Of a stretch of 45,791 nucleotides of DNA, positions 44,035 through 45,791 are shown piece after piece. Below the pieces are notes generated by a model. It did not search any database. It had not been told where the DNA came from and saw nothing but the letters and a program-made list of their open reading frames with translations. Location of the stretch: contig CAYOBH010000004.1 of the NCBI GenBank assembly GCA_964402125.1, positions 1 through 45,791 on the forward strand, in the 5' to 3' direction. The position numbers and the translations under genes are program-made. This DNA is from an uncultured Verrucomicrobiota bacterium. Its GTDB lineage: Bacteria > Verrucomicrobiota > Kiritimatiellia > Kiritimatiellales > Pontiellaceae. The first letter of the stretch is position 1, and every line of letters starts with the position of its first letter.

Positions 44035-44144
44035 CTCAACTCCTGCGTATAAATAAAGGCACCTCTCTCGACTCGCCCATCGTTAATCAGCCCAAAGCGA
44101 AGCGCAGATAATTTCCTGCAAGGAAATAGCGACATCGTCGCGGT

Positions 44145-44228
44145 TCATCGCCAATCAGCAATCGTCACTCAACAATCGGCACTCGGCACTCGGCACTCTT
44201 CAATCAGCCATCCCCAATCGTCCCTCGC
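44145..44228. repeat. Heptamer tandem array (CAMTCRG-like), about 12 units
   Basis: TCATCGC CAATCAG CAATCGT CACTCAA CAATCGG CACTCGG CACTCGG CACTCTT CAATCAG CCATCCC CAATCGT CCCTCGC. Confidence 0.85.
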
Positions 44229-44296
44229 CCCCCTCTATCCCGCAACTCGGTCCTCGTTTCAAGTTTCAACTGCTCAATTCGCCACTGCGCCCGTCA

Positions 44297-44325
44297 TTGA
44301 CTCATCCGGAAAAACCCGATAGCGT
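44297..44325 (+). promoter_or_regulatory. Putative sigma70 promoter of the ZIP transporter gene (leaderless)
   Basis: TTGACT-N17-TAGCGT; the ATG at 44333 lies 7 nt after the -10 box. Confidence 0.55.
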
Positions 44326-44332
44326 CATGAGC

Positions 44333-45130
44333 ATGGAAACCTTCAGCACATATAATCCCGTCCTGCAGGCGCTGCTGGCCACACTCTTTACATGGGGAGT
44401 AACCGCGCTCGGCGCCGCGCCCGTCTTCTTCGCAAAAACCATCAATCAAAAACTGATGGACGGCATGCTGGGCCTCGCCGCCGGTGTGATGATCGCGGCC
44501 AGCTACTGGTCGCTGCTCGCCCCGGCCATTGAAATGTCAAACGGAAGCTGGGCTCCCGCCACCATCGGCTTTCTCAGCGGCGGGCTGTTTCTTTACCTGC
44601 TCGACAAAATCCTCCCTCACCTTCATCCCGGCCTGCCGATGAAAGATGCAGAGGGAATCCAAACCGGCTGGCAGCGCAGCATACTGCTCGTCCTCGCCAT
44701 CACCCTCCACAACATACCCGAAGGCCTCGCCGTCGGCGTTGCCTTCGGTGCCGTGGCCGCCGACATCGACGGCGCCTCTCTCGGAGCCGCCATTGCGCTG
44801 GCGCTGGGGATCGGTATTCAAAACTTCCCCGAGGGCACCGCCGTTTCCATGCCGCTGCGCCGAGAGGGCATGTCCCGCCGTAAAAGCTTTTGGTACGGTC
44901 AGCTCTCCGGAATCGTCGAACCGATTGCCGGCGTCATCGGCGCTTGGGCCGTCTTATCGATGCGCCCCATCCTCCCCTATGCGCTGGCCTTCGCCGCCGG
45001 AGCCATGATCTTTGTCTGCGTCGAAGAACTCATTCCCGAGGCCCAGCGCAAAGGCAATACCGACTTCGCCACCCTCGGCGCCATCTTCGGCTTCGCTCTC
45101 ATGATGCTCCTCGACGTTGCTCTGGGGTGA
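44333..45130 (+). CDS. ZIP family (ZupT/GufA) divalent metal transporter
   Basis: Motifs [40 protein letters not shown] and EELIPE. Confidence 0.95.
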   Translation: METFSTYNPVLQALLATLFTWGVTALGAAPVFFAKTINQKLMDGMLGLAAGVMIAASYWSLLAPAIEMSNGSWAPATIGFLSGGLFLYLLDKILPHLHPGLPMKDAEGIQTGWQRSILLVLAITLHNIPEGLAVGVAFGAVAADIDGASLGAAIALALGIGIQNFPEGTAVSMPLRREGMSRRKSFWYGQLSGIVEPIAGVIGAWAVLSMRPILPYALAFAAGAMIFVCVEELIPEAQRKGNTDFATLGAIFGFALMMLLDVALG

Positions 45131-45321
45131 TCACTTCTCCACAGGTTTTGCAAAGATCAAATTCTCAACTCCAGCTTCGGCACAAGCGTCCATCACCTCA
45201 ATTATCCGCCGATACTTCGTTTGCGCCGTCGGAGCCAACGTCACAAAACAAGGATAACCCGCCGCTTTCGCCACTTCTTGAACACGTTATTTTTTAGGAA
45301 AATTCCCCGCACAAAGACATG

Positions 45322-45350
45322 TTGACACTCATTGAAAGGAAATGCATCAT
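45322..45350 (+). promoter_or_regulatory. Putative sigma70 promoter
   Basis: TTGACA-N17-CATCAT about 200 nt upstream of the next CDS. Confidence 0.5.
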
Positions 45351-45556
45351 TCGAAACACAATTTAATATGATTTGCGTTTAGCGCAGTTTGTTTCTTACG
45401 AAAACCGCCAAATTTTAACACCGAAACAACTGGCATATGGGCGCGCCCGCTCGGGCGCGGCCTCTGCTGGTTTCGGTGTGGGGCTTGGCGGTCCCTCGTA
45501 AGAAGCTTGTTTGGGGTCGCGCCTCTTTTTTGGAGGTGCATAACACAGGGGACGAA

Positions 45557-45791
45557 ATGAAATTAGGAATCATTGTATGCACAGCATTCCTGCTGGCAGG
45601 GACGGCGTTTTCGGAAACCGTATTAACGGATTCTGGAAACACTATCGAAACGATCACATCGCTGGATCAAATTGAATTGATCGTCAGAAATACTCAGTGG
45701 GATTTTTGGCAACTGGTTCCGCCAGCAACCGATGACCCATTTTATCTCCACTCGGAACGCATTATTCGAGTTGTAGACTGGAACAGTAAAG
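45557..45791 (+). CDS. Secreted hypothetical protein, truncated by the window edge
   Basis: Read manually: MKLGIIVCTAFLLAGTAFSETVLTDSG..., open to the end of the window; AGGGGA RBS. Confidence 0.7.
   Translation, partial: MKLGIIVCTAFLLAGTAFSETVLTDSGNTIETITSLDQIELIVRNTQWDFWQLVPPATDDPFYLHSERIIRVVDWNSK

Overview
A mostly housekeeping bacterial chromosome segment. Gene content and protein styles suggest a PVC-superphylum organism, probably Kiritimatiellota/Verrucomicrobia-like; this is an inference. In order it holds: a partial secreted protein, an Ldh_2-type dehydrogenase with DUF2164, glyQS, a GH95 fucosidase + GH2 beta-galactosidase pair, trkAH, glpK, an SHD1-domain secreted protein, rrf2-cysK, guaB-lipoprotein-nadE, trpE-(GxxExxY)-trpG, mscS, a membrane C39 peptidase, an atypical shikimate dehydrogenase, a LamG-like protein, an M42 peptidase, a TPR-TPR-exbB-exbD-exbD cluster without tonB, an NHA-like cation/H+ antiporter, the yceD-rpmF-plsX-fabH-fabD-fabG-acpP-fabF operon, a ZIP transporter and a partial secreted protein. 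No rRNA, tRNA, CRISPR array or transposase is seen. The unusual signal is intergenic. (1) An AT-richer GxxExxY nuclease-like gene fits exactly between trpE and trpG, bracketed by ~29-bp inverted arms built from three tandem octamers; these could loop the whole gene out of the mRNA. (2) Five heptamer tandem arrays occur, three sitting at or within a few bases of stop codons, and two share an identical 27-nt block. (3) Two copies of an AATAAA-bounded palindromic element are present, one carrying a nested GTAG-REP hairpin. (4) Several GTAG-type REP families are present. (5) Several genes appear leaderless.
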